A stretch of 64,000 nt of DNA from Cyclobacteriaceae bacterium (GTDB lineage: Bacteria; Bacteroidota; Bacteroidia; Cytophagales; Cyclobacteriaceae), in assembly GCA_031400595.1 (NCBI GenBank), contig JANNQG010000004.1:13985-77984 (forward strand), read 5' to 3'. The notes under the pieces were generated by a model, which ran no database searches, was not told where the DNA came from, and saw only the letters and a program-made list of their open reading frames with translations. Below are positions 8,528 to 18,354 of the stretch, in pieces. Both the position numbers and the translations under genes were made by a program. Within the stretch, counting starts at the first letter, position 1. Every line of letters begins with the position of its first letter.

Positions 8528-11500
8528 TTAATTTCGCTTCAGTGGTTCGTAATTTTTAAAGGGCGAAATACTAACTTTTTCCATCAGCGTACGATACGCT
8601 GGCCAAGTCTTTTCATAAAAGAGATTGACCCGCTGCATCAATTTGTTAATTTGAAGTTCGGCCTGTTGAAACACCCGTTGATCGGTAGCGCTAATTGGAT
8701 CTTTAGACGACCTTATAAAAGACTGCGCTGTCCCCACAAAAGAAAGGGGCGTGGGTGTAGGTTGGCGTACGATGCCCTGGCGTTTGTCTTCTTTACCAAC
8801 GATATAGTCCATGAGCGTGGCAATTGAATCTTTAATCGCCTTTGTCTTTTCTGTCGCTTCTTTCAAATCATCTCTTTTTGCTTCCTTCATCTTCTTTTCA
8901 AATTCCTCAGCGATTTCTTTTGATTCGCGCAACTGATTCATTGCCTCGGTGCCAACCGCAGTCATTTTTTGTAAATCCTTAAGCAAATTGTAGCGTGCTT
9001 CAATAATTGAAGATGCCGTTGCATACCGAGGGTCAGATTTTACATTAATCATTGCCGAATCTTTCACACCACCAAATGTTATTCTAAGCTTGTAAGCGCC
9101 AGGCAGTACTTGTGTACCTGATGGCTCAGCGGCTCCGGCTTTTGTCTTTTCCCTAGATGGTTGGCGTACACCTTTTTCATTCAGCGACCAAGTAGTACGA
9201 TTAAGCCCGTTGTCTTCCGGGGCTTTTTGTTTAATGGTTCGGATTTTCTCACCCTTACCATTGAATACCTCAAGCATGAGCGAATCATACTTTGGCTTTT
9301 TGTCATCCTTCGCGTCCTCCTTCTTTTCGTCCTTCTTGTCAACTGGTTTCACTTCCTTTTTGACGTCTGATTTTGGTTCGTCTTTTTTTGCTTCCGGTTT
9401 ATTGATCACAAAAGAAATCATCGCACTAGTTGTCCGGTTTTCGCCTTGAAACATGGCATTGCCTGGGAACAAAATTCCTGCAGGATCCTGTGTTTCTACC
9501 TGGTAGGCATCAGGCGCGTCAAAAATATGTACCGTCTTATTCAAAACCTGTATTCCTTCCTTCACCATCTCACGCAGAGGACGAATATCATCCAGGATGT
9601 AAAGGGCACGGCCAAAAGTACCGATTGCCAAATCGTGCTCACGTGGATGAATGACCAAATCCATAGTCGGAACTCCGGCAGGATAGCCACTAGTCCAACG
9701 TGTGTAAGTCTTTCCTTCGTCCAAACTTACCCACAATCCATTTTCTGTTCCCACAAAAATAAGTTTAGGCTCGAGCGGGTCTTGTACTACCGAGAGTGTA
9801 TAATTGTTCTCTCCCACTAGCGATGGCGTTACAATATTTTCCCACGTTTGCCCGAAGTCTTTGGAACGGAACAGATAGGGTTTAAAATCAAATTGTCTGT
9901 AGTTATTTACTACCACGAAAACCTCTGCCGCATTGTGGGTAGAAGCTTGTATCTGTGGTATCCAAGCTCCTTTCGGCATTCCTGTAATTTTAGAAGTAAG
10001 GTTAGTCCATGTTTTCCCAGCATCTCTGGAAAGTTGCACTTGTCCATCATCGGTACCTACCCACAACACACCCCTTTCTTTCGGGCTGGGCGCTATTGCT
10101 AAAATCGTACAATGGTTTTCTGCACCGGTTGCATCCATCGTGATGCCACCGCTCTCATGTTGTTTTTGTTTTTCTTTATCGTTGGTTGTCAAGTCACCTG
10201 AAATAATATCCCACGTTGTCCCTTTATCGGTCGACTTGTGAACAAATTGACTTCCATAATAAATAGTACCCTTGTCGAAGGGATCCAATCCAAGAGCAGA
10301 GTTCCAATTAAATCTCAACTTTAAAGTTGCATCCGGGTGAGTCGGTCTGATAATCTTTGTGTGTCCAGTTTTGCGATCATATCTTCCAAGAAATCCTCCT
10401 TGCGACATGGCATAGCCAAAACGGTTATCTTCAGGGTCGGCTTGCACATCGAAGCCATCGCCAAACATAACTGCTTGCCAATACGTGTTTTGGATTCCAC
10501 CGTCTTTCCACGTGTAAGCTGGCCCTGCCCACGAGCCATTGTCTTGCAAACCACCATACACATTATAGGGCTGATCCATGTCCACACTCACATGATAAAA
10601 CTGACCAACCGGTATGTTCTCTACAAAACGCCAATTCTTTCCATAATCATGAGTGATGTTTAATCCGCCATCATTCCCGTCAATCATAAAAGAAGGGTCT
10701 TCAGGACTGATCCACCAAGCGTGGTGATCAGGGTGAACACCTGAATACGGCAATAATTTTTGAAACGATTTGCCACCATCTTCACTCACGTTCACTTCAG
10801 AATAAATGGTGTATAGTCTGTTTTCGTTTTTAGGATCAGCATGAATCTCGCAATAATAAAAAGGTCGATCACCAATTTCACTCATCTTATCATTCACCAT
10901 CGACCACTTGAAACCACCATCGGTAGATTTGTATAGTGCATTTTTTTTGTTTTCAATGAGTGCATACACCACCTCTGGTTTGTTGGCGGAAATGGCCAAG
11001 CCCATGCGGCCCAGTTCTCCTTCCGGCAAACCATCTTTATCAGTTTTCTTTGTCCACGTTTTTCCACCATCAAAAGTGATGTGGAGTCCAGAGCCAGGGC
11101 CTCCTGACTTAAATGTCCAGGGCCAACGTTTGTGTTGCCACATGGCTGCCATCAGTTTATTTGGATTCGATGGATCCATGATCAGCTCTGCACAACCTGT
11201 TTTGTCATCCACAAACAAAACCCTTTCCCAGTTTGCTCCGCCATCAACTGTTTTGTAAACACCTCGCTCAGGATGTTCGCCCCAAGGGGAACCAATAGCC
11301 GCCACATAAATTACATTTGAATTTCCCGGATCGATGATAATGCGATGGATATTGCGCGTTTTTTCCAAGCCCATCACCTTCCAATTCTTGCCTCCGTCCA
11401 GGCTCTTATAAATGCCGTACCCACCATTTAAACTATTACGCGGATTGCCTTCACCAGTTCCGACCCACAATACAGATGGATTATCTTGTTGAATAGCCAC

Positions 11501-11779
11501 CGCACCAATCGAAAGAACATTTTCTTTGTCGAAAATAGGTTCCCAATTGATACCTCCGCTTGTGGTTTTCCAAAGCCCGCCAGATGCAGACCCAGCATAC
11601 ATAATATCAGGGTTGGTGCGTACCACATCGATCGAAGTAATCCGCCCGCTCATGCCGCCCGGACCAATGGAACGGGGCTTCATGCCCTTTAATTTTTCCA
11701 TATCAAGCTTCTGTGCAAACGCAGCCTGACTTATTAGCCCTATCGCAAGGGCAAAAAGTAAGAGTATTTTTTTTCTCAT
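8528..11779 (-). CDS. VPS10/sortilin-like BNR-repeat protein (uncharacterised glycosyl-hydrolase-like family), secreted
   Basis: Many 'SxDGGxxW' BNR repeats, 'GPGGMSGRITSI', 'HPDHHAWWI', 'YGGLQDNGSW'; start moved to ATG 11779 (MRKKILLLFALA...) because the track ATG 11803 overlaps the -7 promoter box. Confidence 0.85.
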   Translation of the reverse strand: MRKKILLLFALAIGLISQAAFAQKLDMEKLKGMKPRSIGPGGMSGRITSIDVVRTNPDIMYAGSASGGLWKTTSGGINWEPIFDKENVLSIGAVAIQQDNPSVLWVGTGEGNPRNSLNGGYGIYKSLDGGKNWKVMGLEKTRNIHRIIIDPGNSNVIYVAAIGSPWGEHPERGVYKTVDGGANWERVLFVDDKTGCAELIMDPSNPNKLMAAMWQHKRWPWTFKSGGPGSGLHITFDGGKTWTKKTDKDGLPEGELGRMGLAISANKPEVVYALIENKKNALYKSTDGGFKWSMVNDKMSEIGDRPFYYCEIHADPKNENRLYTIYSEVNVSEDGGKSFQKLLPYSGVHPDHHAWWISPEDPSFMIDGNDGGLNITHDYGKNWRFVENIPVGQFYHVSVDMDQPYNVYGGLQDNGSWAGPAYTWKDGGIQNTYWQAVMFGDGFDVQADPEDNRFGYAMSQGGFLGRYDRKTGHTKIIRPTHPDATLKLRFNWNSALGLDPFDKGTIYYGSQFVHKSTDKGTTWDIISGDLTTNDKEKQKQHESGGITMDATGAENHCTILAIAPSPKERGVLWVGTDDGQVQLSRDAGKTWTNLTSKITGMPKGAWIPQIQASTHNAAEVFVVVNNYRQFDFKPYLFRSKDFGQTWENIVTPSLVGENNYTLSVVQDPLEPKLIFVGTENGLWVSLDEGKTYTRWTSGYPAGVPTMDLVIHPREHDLAIGTFGRALYILDDIRPLREMVKEGIQVLNKTVHIFDAPDAYQVETQDPAGILFPGNAMFQGENRTTSAMISFVINKPEAKKDEPKSDVKKEVKPVDKKDEKKEDAKDDKKPKYDSLMLEVFNGKGEKIRTIKQKAPEDNGLNRTTWSLNEKGVRQPSREKTKAGAAEPSGTQVLPGAYKLRITFGGVKDSAMINVKSDPRYATASSIIEARYNLLKDLQKMTAVGTEAMNQLRESKEIAEEFEKKMKEAKRDDLKEATEKTKAIKDSIATLMDYIVGKEDKRQGIVRQPTPTPLSFVGTAQSFIRSSKDPISATDQRVFQQAELQINKLMQRVNLFYEKTWPAYRTLMEKVSISPFKNYEPLKRN

Positions 11780-11800
11780 GAATTGAATTTTTTTGGTGGC

Positions 11801-11808
11801 CAAATATA
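11801..11808 (-). promoter_or_regulatory. Bacteroidota -7 promoter box TATATTTG
   Basis: Matches TAnnTTTG about 20 nt upstream of ATG 11779. Confidence 0.6.
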
Positions 11809-12030
11809 GCCCAATGACCAGTTCTATATGTTCAGGCCTTTATAAATGCGCGGTTTTAATGATGGGTGGCAAACAAAGCGGCAATTGCAATAAAAAACGC
11901 GTCAAACAGGATGCCTATAAACTAAGAAAGGGGTCAATAATAATCTCAATTCCACCGAAAGACGAAAAAGTTGGTTTTCCTAACCCGATAAAAAATGAAT
12001 TAGACCCTAAGAAAATCGGTCAAATACGGC

Positions 12031-12038
12031 TATTTTTG
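12031..12038 (+). promoter_or_regulatory. Bacteroidota -7 promoter box TATTTTTG for pdhC-hslV
   Basis: Matches TAnnTTTG 37 nt upstream of pdhC ATG. Confidence 0.55.
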
Positions 12039-12075
12039 ACATTCAGAATTAAAATAGAACTTAAAAAAAATTGCG

Positions 12076-13695
12076 ATGGCTGAGATTGTACGTATGCCCA
12101 AGATGAGCGACACGATGACCGAAGGGGTGATCGCTAAATGGCATAAAAAAGTGGGTGACGCTGTGAAGACAGGCGAGTTGATGGCAGAAATCGAAACAGA
12201 TAAAGCCACAATGGATTACGAATCTTTCAACGCAGGGACAGTATTATATCTCGGGGCAAAAGAGGGCGAGCCTGTTCAAATAAATGGCGTGTTGGCCATT
12301 GTGGGAAATAAAGGCGAAGACTACTCGGCACTTTTAGCAGGGGCTAACTCAGCTGCGACAACTGGTGGTGCAAAATCCGAACAGCCAAAACAAGAAGTGA
12401 AAACAGAGTCACCTGCGATCGCCATCGACACAACAGGCATAAAAGCAGAAATTGCTCTGATGCCTAAGATGAGTGATACGATGACGGAAGGTGTGATTGC
12501 CGTGTGGCATAAAAAAGTAGGTGATCAGGTAAAAACAGGTGAGCTTTTGGCCGAAATCGAAACGGACAAAGCTACGATGGACTATGAATCCTATAGCACT
12601 GGAACTCTACTGTACGTTGGCGCAAACGCAAAAGAGGCGGTCAAGATCAACGGTGTTCTCGCCATTGTTGGGGAGAAAAGCGCTGATTGGCAAACTTTAT
12701 TGAAAGCACACGACCAAAAATCTTCTGCAAGCACTACGTCTGCTGCATCGGCACCCAAGGCACTAGCTGCGCCAGTAGTAAGCGCCTCGAATGGCACTTC
12801 AGATTCTTCTGCCAACGGACGAGTAAAGGCCTCCCCTCTTGCCAAAAGCATTGCGAAAGAATTAGGCTACGATATCGGCAAGATAACAGGCACCGGAGAC
12901 AATGGACGAGTTACTAAGCAGGATGTAGAAAACTACAAGCCTTCGGCTCAAGCGGCTGCAGCTCAGGCAAAATCATCAGCTGCACCTGGTGTGTTGCCGC
13001 AAGTTGTAGGCAAAGAAAGCTTTGAAGAAATTATGGTTTCTCAAATGAGAAAAACCATCGCCAAGCGATTGGCTGAGAGCAAATTCTCTGCGCCTCATTT
13101 CTATCTTACGATGGAAATCAACATGGATAAGGCTATCGAAGCACGCAAGAGCATGAATGAAATTGCTCCGGTAAAAATTTCTTTCAATGATATGGTGATT
13201 AAGGCAGTAGCTGCCGCCCTTCGTCAAAACCCTGATGTGAACGTAAGCTGGCTGGGCGACAAAATGCGCAAGAATCATCACATCCATATTGGTGTGGCTG
13301 TGGCCGTGAAAGATGGACTCCTTGTTCCCGTCATTCGGTTTGCGGATAACAAATCACTCTCGCACATCGCGGTAGAAGTAAAAGACTTGGCACAAAAAGC
13401 ACACGATAAAAAATTACAACCCAGCGATTGGGAGGGAAGCACGTTTACTATTTCCAATTTAGGCATGTTTGGCATAGAAGATTTCACGGCTATCATCAAC
13501 CCTCCGGATGCCTGCATTTTAGCTATTGGTGGAATCAAAGAAACAGCGATCGTGAAAAATGGTCAACTCGTTCCTGGTAGCGTGATGAAAGTGACCATGT
13601 CATGCGATCACCGCGCAGTAGATGGAGCAGTTGGTGCTGCATTCTTGAAAACATTGAAGGGGTTGTTGGAAGATCCGGTGAGGATATTGATTTAA
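12076..13695 (+). CDS. pdhC: Pyruvate dehydrogenase E2, dihydrolipoamide acetyltransferase (two lipoyl domains)
   Basis: Two 'AEIETDKATM' lipoyl motifs, E3-binding 'KASPLAKSIA...GTGDNGRVTKQDV', catalytic 'SCDHRAVDGA'. Confidence 0.97.
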   Translation: MAEIVRMPKMSDTMTEGVIAKWHKKVGDAVKTGELMAEIETDKATMDYESFNAGTVLYLGAKEGEPVQINGVLAIVGNKGEDYSALLAGANSAATTGGAKSEQPKQEVKTESPAIAIDTTGIKAEIALMPKMSDTMTEGVIAVWHKKVGDQVKTGELLAEIETDKATMDYESYSTGTLLYVGANAKEAVKINGVLAIVGEKSADWQTLLKAHDQKSSASTTSAASAPKALAAPVVSASNGTSDSSANGRVKASPLAKSIAKELGYDIGKITGTGDNGRVTKQDVENYKPSAQAAAAQAKSSAAPGVLPQVVGKESFEEIMVSQMRKTIAKRLAESKFSAPHFYLTMEINMDKAIEARKSMNEIAPVKISFNDMVIKAVAAALRQNPDVNVSWLGDKMRKNHHIHIGVAVAVKDGLLVPVIRFADNKSLSHIAVEVKDLAQKAHDKKLQPSDWEGSTFTISNLGMFGIEDFTAIINPPDACILAIGGIKETAIVKNGQLVPGSVMKVTMSCDHRAVDGAVGAAFLKTLKGLLEDPVRILI

Positions 13696-13707
13696 TCTAA
13701 AAGATAG

Positions 13708-14247
13708 ATGGAAAAAATTCACGCCACTACCATTCTTGCTGTGCAACATAATGGGCAAGTGGCTATTGGAGGTGATGGGCAGGCAACCATGGGCAACACT
13801 ATTGCCAAGAGTAACGTAAAAAAAATCCGTAGGCTGCAAGATGGAAAAGTACTCACAGGTTTTGCTGGTTCCACAGCTGATGCGTTTACGCTACTTGATC
13901 GGTTTGATGAGAAGTTAAACGCATATAGTGGCAACATGAAGCGCGCAGCTATCGAGCTAGCCAAAGACTGGCGAACCGATCGTTTCCTTCGCAGACTGGA
14001 AGCCATGTTGATAGCGGTGAACAAAGATGAAATTCTGGTTATCTCCGGAACAGGCGATGTGTTAGAACCTGATCATCACGTAGCCGCCATCGGGTCGGGG
14101 TCCATGTATGCTCAATCTGCTGCGTTGGCATTAAAAAAACATGCCCCGCATTTAACCGCTGAAGAAATGGTGCGAGAAAGCCTGACGATTGCCGCTGACA
14201 TTTGCATCTATACCAATCATAATTTGGTGATAGAGAAAATCCAATGA
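13708..14247 (+). CDS. hslV: ATP-dependent protease subunit HslV (ClpQ)
   Basis: 'TTILAV', '[10 protein letters not shown]', '[10 protein letters not shown]', '[19 protein letters not shown]', 'AIGSGS', 'ADICIYTN'. Confidence 0.97.
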   Translation: MEKIHATTILAVQHNGQVAIGGDGQATMGNTIAKSNVKKIRRLQDGKVLTGFAGSTADAFTLLDRFDEKLNAYSGNMKRAAIELAKDWRTDRFLRRLEAMLIAVNKDEILVISGTGDVLEPDHHVAAIGSGSMYAQSAALALKKHAPHLTAEEMVRESLTIAADICIYTNHNLVIEKIQ

Positions 14248-14898
14248 ATGAAACTGTGTTTTCTTTTTGCCCTCCTGCTACCCAACTTCTGCGTAAGCCA
14301 AGACCCAACCACAAATAATATTCTCACGACAAAGAAATTTGTAAAAGGTATCTATGTTACATTTCGTGAGTTTAAAGAGAACGCCCCAAGCATTGTAGAA
14401 GATTTTATAATCAAGGCGGATACCAGCGAGTTTGAGAGATACGAGTTGCTCGTTCCTAACTCCAAGAAAAAATTCAGAAATATCTATGGCTTTTGTGACG
14501 GAGAATCTGTTTTTATTAACGCACAAACGTACGAGCAGAGTGCCTATTTCGTAAAACTGTTAATTCTTGGCAAGATTATTTATTTTGAAGACGCTCGCGC
14601 AAAGACCAAGATAATTGGCATGAACAATGCGGCTGTTGGCCACCTCCTAGGAGGTATTATTGTCGCTCCTTTTTTGTACGCTGAAGCGGCAAAAAGATCG
14701 GTAAAAAATCCTGGGTTTGTAGTTTATATGCCTGATGACGATGGCCGCCCGTTCATTCTGGAATCGAAAACACTCAGATCCATTTTGAAAGAAGGCGATC
14801 AGGAGTTAAATAAAAACTATCAGCAAGAGCCTGAGAAAAACAATCACAAAGTTCTAATTAAGTATATCTTAGAGTTCAATCGAAGACATCACAACTGA
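14248..14898 (+). CDS. Hypothetical secreted protein with a Gly/Ala hydrophobic segment
   Basis: 216-aa ORF abutting hslV (TGA ATG); signal peptide; 'NAAVGHLLGGIIVAPF'. Confidence 0.7.
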   Translation: MKLCFLFALLLPNFCVSQDPTTNNILTTKKFVKGIYVTFREFKENAPSIVEDFIIKADTSEFERYELLVPNSKKKFRNIYGFCDGESVFINAQTYEQSAYFVKLLILGKIIYFEDARAKTKIIGMNNAAVGHLLGGIIVAPFLYAEAAKRSVKNPGFVVYMPDDDGRPFILESKTLRSILKEGDQELNKNYQQEPEKNNHKVLIKYILEFNRRHHN

Positions 14899-15944
14899 TC
14901 TGTTGGCGGTAGCTCTTCCGGTACAGATTGCTTATCTTCCAAAAGAATAACAAACGGCTTAAGCGAGTTCGAATAGGAAAGTAAAATTTTCAGTATTCCT
15001 ACTGCTGGCACAGCTAAAATCATTCCCGCAATACCCCAAATCTTTCCTCCTACCAGCAATGCTACGATGGCAGCCATTGCATTTATACTAATCTTTGAGC
15101 CTGTTATCTTAGGAGTTATAAAATTACCTTCTAAAAACTGTACAAAGCTATGCACCGCAATCACACCGACTGCATACCACCCACTGTCTTTGGTAACCAA
15201 TGCTAAGAGTGTTGGCAGGGCAGCACCAATGGTAATGCCTACATAGGGGATCATTGTTAATGTTCCGGACAGAAATCCAAAAAAAATGGCGTGCTCAATA
15301 CCTAACAACAACAACCCAATACTATTTAATACAGCTGCAATGAGCGTGACGAGTGTTAAGCCCGAGATGTAGCCTCGAATGACAGCCTGAATTTCTAACT
15401 TCCATGACAGGCTTGATGTAGGCCAAACCGCCAACAGGAAATCATTAAATCGCTCGCGGTAAAGTAAAAACAGAAAAATATAAATCGGTACCTGCACAAA
15501 AAAATATGCGAAATACGAAGTGGAAAGAAGTAAAGAGCCAAAATAGGACGAGAAATTCTTCAAGCCATCTTTCAAAAGCTGAGTTTGTTCATGCGTATCA
15601 ATTCTAAGAATGGTATTCGCCTGCTCGCTGACCGAGTTGATCAAGGCCATAAACCGTCCTTCCAGATCAGGAAGACTATCTGAAAGGCTAGCAAGTTGTG
15701 CAGCCACAAACCAAAAAATAAGGAGCATTACAAAAAACGCAAACAGCAGTACAAGTACAATAGAAAAAATCCGACCGGTCTTCCTTTCGAATCGCTTGGC
15801 CAGGGGCAACAACACCATCGAAAAGAGCGCACCAAATGCAATGGGCATAACGATATCTTTAGCAAAAATAAGACCTGCAATGGCCAGCGCGATCACCGCC
15901 AATGTTTTATACACTCTGTCCAGTTTGTTTTGGGTTGCCTCCAT
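14889..15944 (-). CDS. AI-2E (PerM) family transporter
   Basis: Multi-TM; 'MIPYVGITIGA', 'QFLEGNFITPKITGSKISINAMA', 'WGIAGMILAVP'. Confidence 0.92.
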   Translation of the reverse strand: MEATQNKLDRVYKTLAVIALAIAGLIFAKDIVMPIAFGALFSMVLLPLAKRFERKTGRIFSIVLVLLFAFFVMLLIFWFVAAQLASLSDSLPDLEGRFMALINSVSEQANTILRIDTHEQTQLLKDGLKNFSSYFGSLLLSTSYFAYFFVQVPIYIFLFLLYRERFNDFLLAVWPTSSLSWKLEIQAVIRGYISGLTLVTLIAAVLNSIGLLLLGIEHAIFFGFLSGTLTMIPYVGITIGAALPTLLALVTKDSGWYAVGVIAVHSFVQFLEGNFITPKITGSKISINAMAAIVALLVGGKIWGIAGMILAVPAVGILKILLSYSNSLKPFVILLEDKQSVPEELPPTDQL

Positions 15945-15955
15945 GTTATTTGTTT

Positions 15956-17140
15956 TTAAGAATTCTCAATAGCTAGTAAAATAACAGCACAAGCTTCTCT
16001 GATTTCAGCCTCGGTAATAGTGAGCGGAGGCGCAATACGAAAACTATTTGGATGCGAGAGAAACCAATAACAAATCACTCCGTGCTCCTTTGCATATTGC
16101 ACAATTCGATTTACCCTTTCTTCAGAGTCAAAATCAAATGCGAAGAGCAATCCAAATCTTCTTACTTCCTTTACTCTAGAATGGCGCAATAAGTCTTCAA
16201 TCAGTTCACCTTTTGCCTCTACTGTTGCTAGTAGATTTTCTTCCTCAATGATTTCAAGTACTGCCAGTGCAGACGCGCAACACACCGGATTGCCGCCAAA
16301 GGTGGTAATGTGACCCAACATCGGTTTTGAAGCCAGCGTTTGCATCTTTTCAAAACTTGAAATGAAACTGCCAATCGGCAACCCTCCGCCAAATGATTTG
16401 GCAAGTGTTAGGATATCTGGCACCACATCAAAATGCTCAAAGGCAAACAACTTTCCTGTTCGTCCCATACCACATTGTATTTCATCGAAGATCAACATGG
16501 CGCCTGTGTCGGTACATTTCTTTCTTACGGCTTGCAGGTATTCTTTACTGGGAATGCGTACACCTGCGTCTCCTTGTACCGTCTCCATGATCACGCAAGC
16601 CGTTCGCTCCGTGATGTGATCGAGATCAGCAGGATTGTTAAAATCAATAAAGTTTACATCCGGAAGTAACGGGCGAAAAGCGCGTTTCTTTGCTTCGTTG
16701 CCCGAGACACTCAACGAACCATGGGTGCTGCCATGATAACTCTTGCGGCAGGCTATCATTTCTGTTCTCCCGGTCACTCGCTTAGCTAACTTCAAAGCTG
16801 CTTCATTGGCCTCAGTCCCAGAATTCACAAAATAGCAGCAATTCAAATTGGGTGGAAGCAGGCTCGTTAATTTTTCTGCAAGCAAATTAGAAGGTGATTG
16901 AACATACTCGCCATACACCATTACGTGCAAGTACTTATCGACCTGACCTTTAATGGCTTTTACAATTTTTGGATGGCGGTGCCCGACATTACTTACGGCA
17001 ATACCTGAAATCATATCGATGTATCTCTTGCCCGTGGGGCTATAGAGATAAACTCCTTCTGCTCGTTCAACAGAAATTAAAAATGGATGCGGAGACGTGG
17101 GCGCTAGTTTCTTAAAAAATGTATCCTCACTGTAATCCAT
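15956..17140 (-). CDS. Class-III PLP aminotransferase (ArgD/acetylornithine aminotransferase-like)
   Basis: 'NSGTEANEAALKLA', 'SYHGSTHG', 'FDEIQCGMGRTG', PLP Lys in 'LAKSFGGGLP', 'TTFGGNP'. Confidence 0.9.
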   Translation of the reverse strand: MDYSEDTFFKKLAPTSPHPFLISVERAEGVYLYSPTGKRYIDMISGIAVSNVGHRHPKIVKAIKGQVDKYLHVMVYGEYVQSPSNLLAEKLTSLLPPNLNCCYFVNSGTEANEAALKLAKRVTGRTEMIACRKSYHGSTHGSLSVSGNEAKKRAFRPLLPDVNFIDFNNPADLDHITERTACVIMETVQGDAGVRIPSKEYLQAVRKKCTDTGAMLIFDEIQCGMGRTGKLFAFEHFDVVPDILTLAKSFGGGLPIGSFISSFEKMQTLASKPMLGHITTFGGNPVCCASALAVLEIIEEENLLATVEAKGELIEDLLRHSRVKEVRRFGLLFAFDFDSEERVNRIVQYAKEHGVICYWFLSHPNSFRIAPPLTITEAEIREACAVILLAIENS

Positions 17141-17181
17141 TCGGTAAATCTACTCTTCAAGTTGTGAAAAAGTAAATGAAT

Positions 17182-17214
17182 AAAAAAAGCCCCGATGATT
17201 TTACTCACCGAGGC
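17182..17214 (-). terminator. Intrinsic terminator
   Basis: Minus strand AGCCTCGGTGA-GTAAAA-TCATCGGGGCT (11 bp with G-U pairs) followed by a U-tract. Confidence 0.8.
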
Positions 17215-17234
17215 TCACACTAAACACCCAATCT

Positions 17235-17609
17235 TTAATTTTCTTGTATTATACCCTGTTGATTGTTATCGGACTGGGCTACTAAAACAGGCTTATAATT
17301 GATTCGAACATAAGAAGGAGGATCGACCTCAGCCTGAGGCTTATACTTTGCTGGCTTCGGCTTTCCTTGAAGAAAAGCAAAAAATGGTTGCTTTGGTTCT
17401 TGGGTTCTTTTCTTAGCCAAGATAGAGCAAACCTTACTGTTTATTTTTATTTGTGACTTGTATTTGCTTTTGAAATGCTTCGCTTTCGATTTATGAAAAT
17501 CCTGTGCTTGTAGAGATTGTGATATCGCTATTCCAGCAAGAATGAGAGCTGCTAAAACTAATACCTGCTTCACTCTGCTTTTGATACTGATGTTCATTGG
17601 CTTTTCCAT
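17235..17609 (-). CDS. Hypothetical secreted, highly basic protein
   Basis: Start likely ATG 17609 (or 17597); signal peptide 'VLVLAALILAGIAISQSLQA'; Lys-rich mature part; own terminator. Confidence 0.7.
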   Translation of the reverse strand: MEKPMNISIKSRVKQVLVLAALILAGIAISQSLQAQDFHKSKAKHFKSKYKSQIKINSKVCSILAKKRTQEPKQPFFAFLQGKPKPAKYKPQAEVDPPSYVRINYKPVLVAQSDNNQQGIIQEN

Positions 17610-17778
17610 ACTCCTCGGGTTAACGGGAACAAATGTCCGCGTCTGCCGGGTCACAATTTTGATGGAATTATATGAAATCCTACATCCGTACAATAGGAAA
17701 CCAAAAGAGGTCTAGGTCATTTTCTACCTGTGGAGATGGGGGTAAATCCCCTAAAAAATGTGTTTGTGGAACGAAAGG

Positions 17779-18201
17779 CTAGCTTTTCTGAAGTTTTAAG
17801 AAGTCAATCACCTCTTTTCTTACATCCTCGGGCGAGGTGCGGTCAAATTCGATAGTAGCTATAGACTTAAACAGGTCCCCGACCATGCCGTTAGAGAAGC
17901 CCAAGCGGGATGCATAAATAGATGCGACTTCCAATTCTGAATCATCTACCATTTGATCCAGGTAAATCATGTGAACAAGGTGATAGACAGACTCTAATCG
18001 GTCTATTTCACTTGCGGGCGGAACATAAGGTGCGTGAAGTCCCTTACCTATAACATCAATGTCGTGCGCGCTGATGTTCAGCTGAGCACCCCATTTCAAA
18101 ATGCAACGCATGTGAGATCCGCGTATGTGCTCTTGCTCGAAAAAAACAGACAATAGATTAAAGTAACTGTCCTTTATCGGTTTTACATCTTCGTTTTTCA
18201 C
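17779..18201 (-). CDS. TerB-like helical hypothetical protein
   Basis: 'LVHMIYLDQMVDDSELEVASIYASRLGF' resembles a TerB-type helical repeat. Confidence 0.55.
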   Translation of the reverse strand: MKNEDVKPIKDSYFNLLSVFFEQEHIRGSHMRCILKWGAQLNISAHDIDVIGKGLHAPYVPPASEIDRLESVYHLVHMIYLDQMVDDSELEVASIYASRLGFSNGMVGDLFKSIATIEFDRTSPEDVRKEVIDFLKLQKS

Positions 18202-18354
18202 GTTCTAATGGGTTGTGCGGCTGCAAATTAGTTGAAAAATACTAGCTGGCTGTTAAAAACTATCAGATTTCTGACTTTGACCTACTACTCTAAATGTCAG
18301 CCCTGCGACTCGAAAAAACGCCTGAAAAATGGACATTTGACGAAAACCAATTCT

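Noticed and set aside
9161-9449. Plus-strand ORFs and the K/D/E-rich stretch inside the VPS10 gene
   Set aside because: Antisense shadows of a low-complexity linker (KKDEPKSDVKKEVK...) with no independent coding signal.
8528-11779. VPS10 protein as part of the novel system
   Set aside because: A widespread multi-copy Bacteroidota family; separate transcription unit 12 kb from the P locus with no linking evidence.
12076-13695. Internal duplication in pdhC
   Set aside because: Ordinary tandem lipoyl domains.
15956-17140. Class-III aminotransferase as PbfA or a PhnW substitute for the phosphonate module
   Set aside because: It is more than 30 kb from the phosphonate genes, in an unrelated operon with an AI-2E transporter, and looks like the common ArgD-like family.
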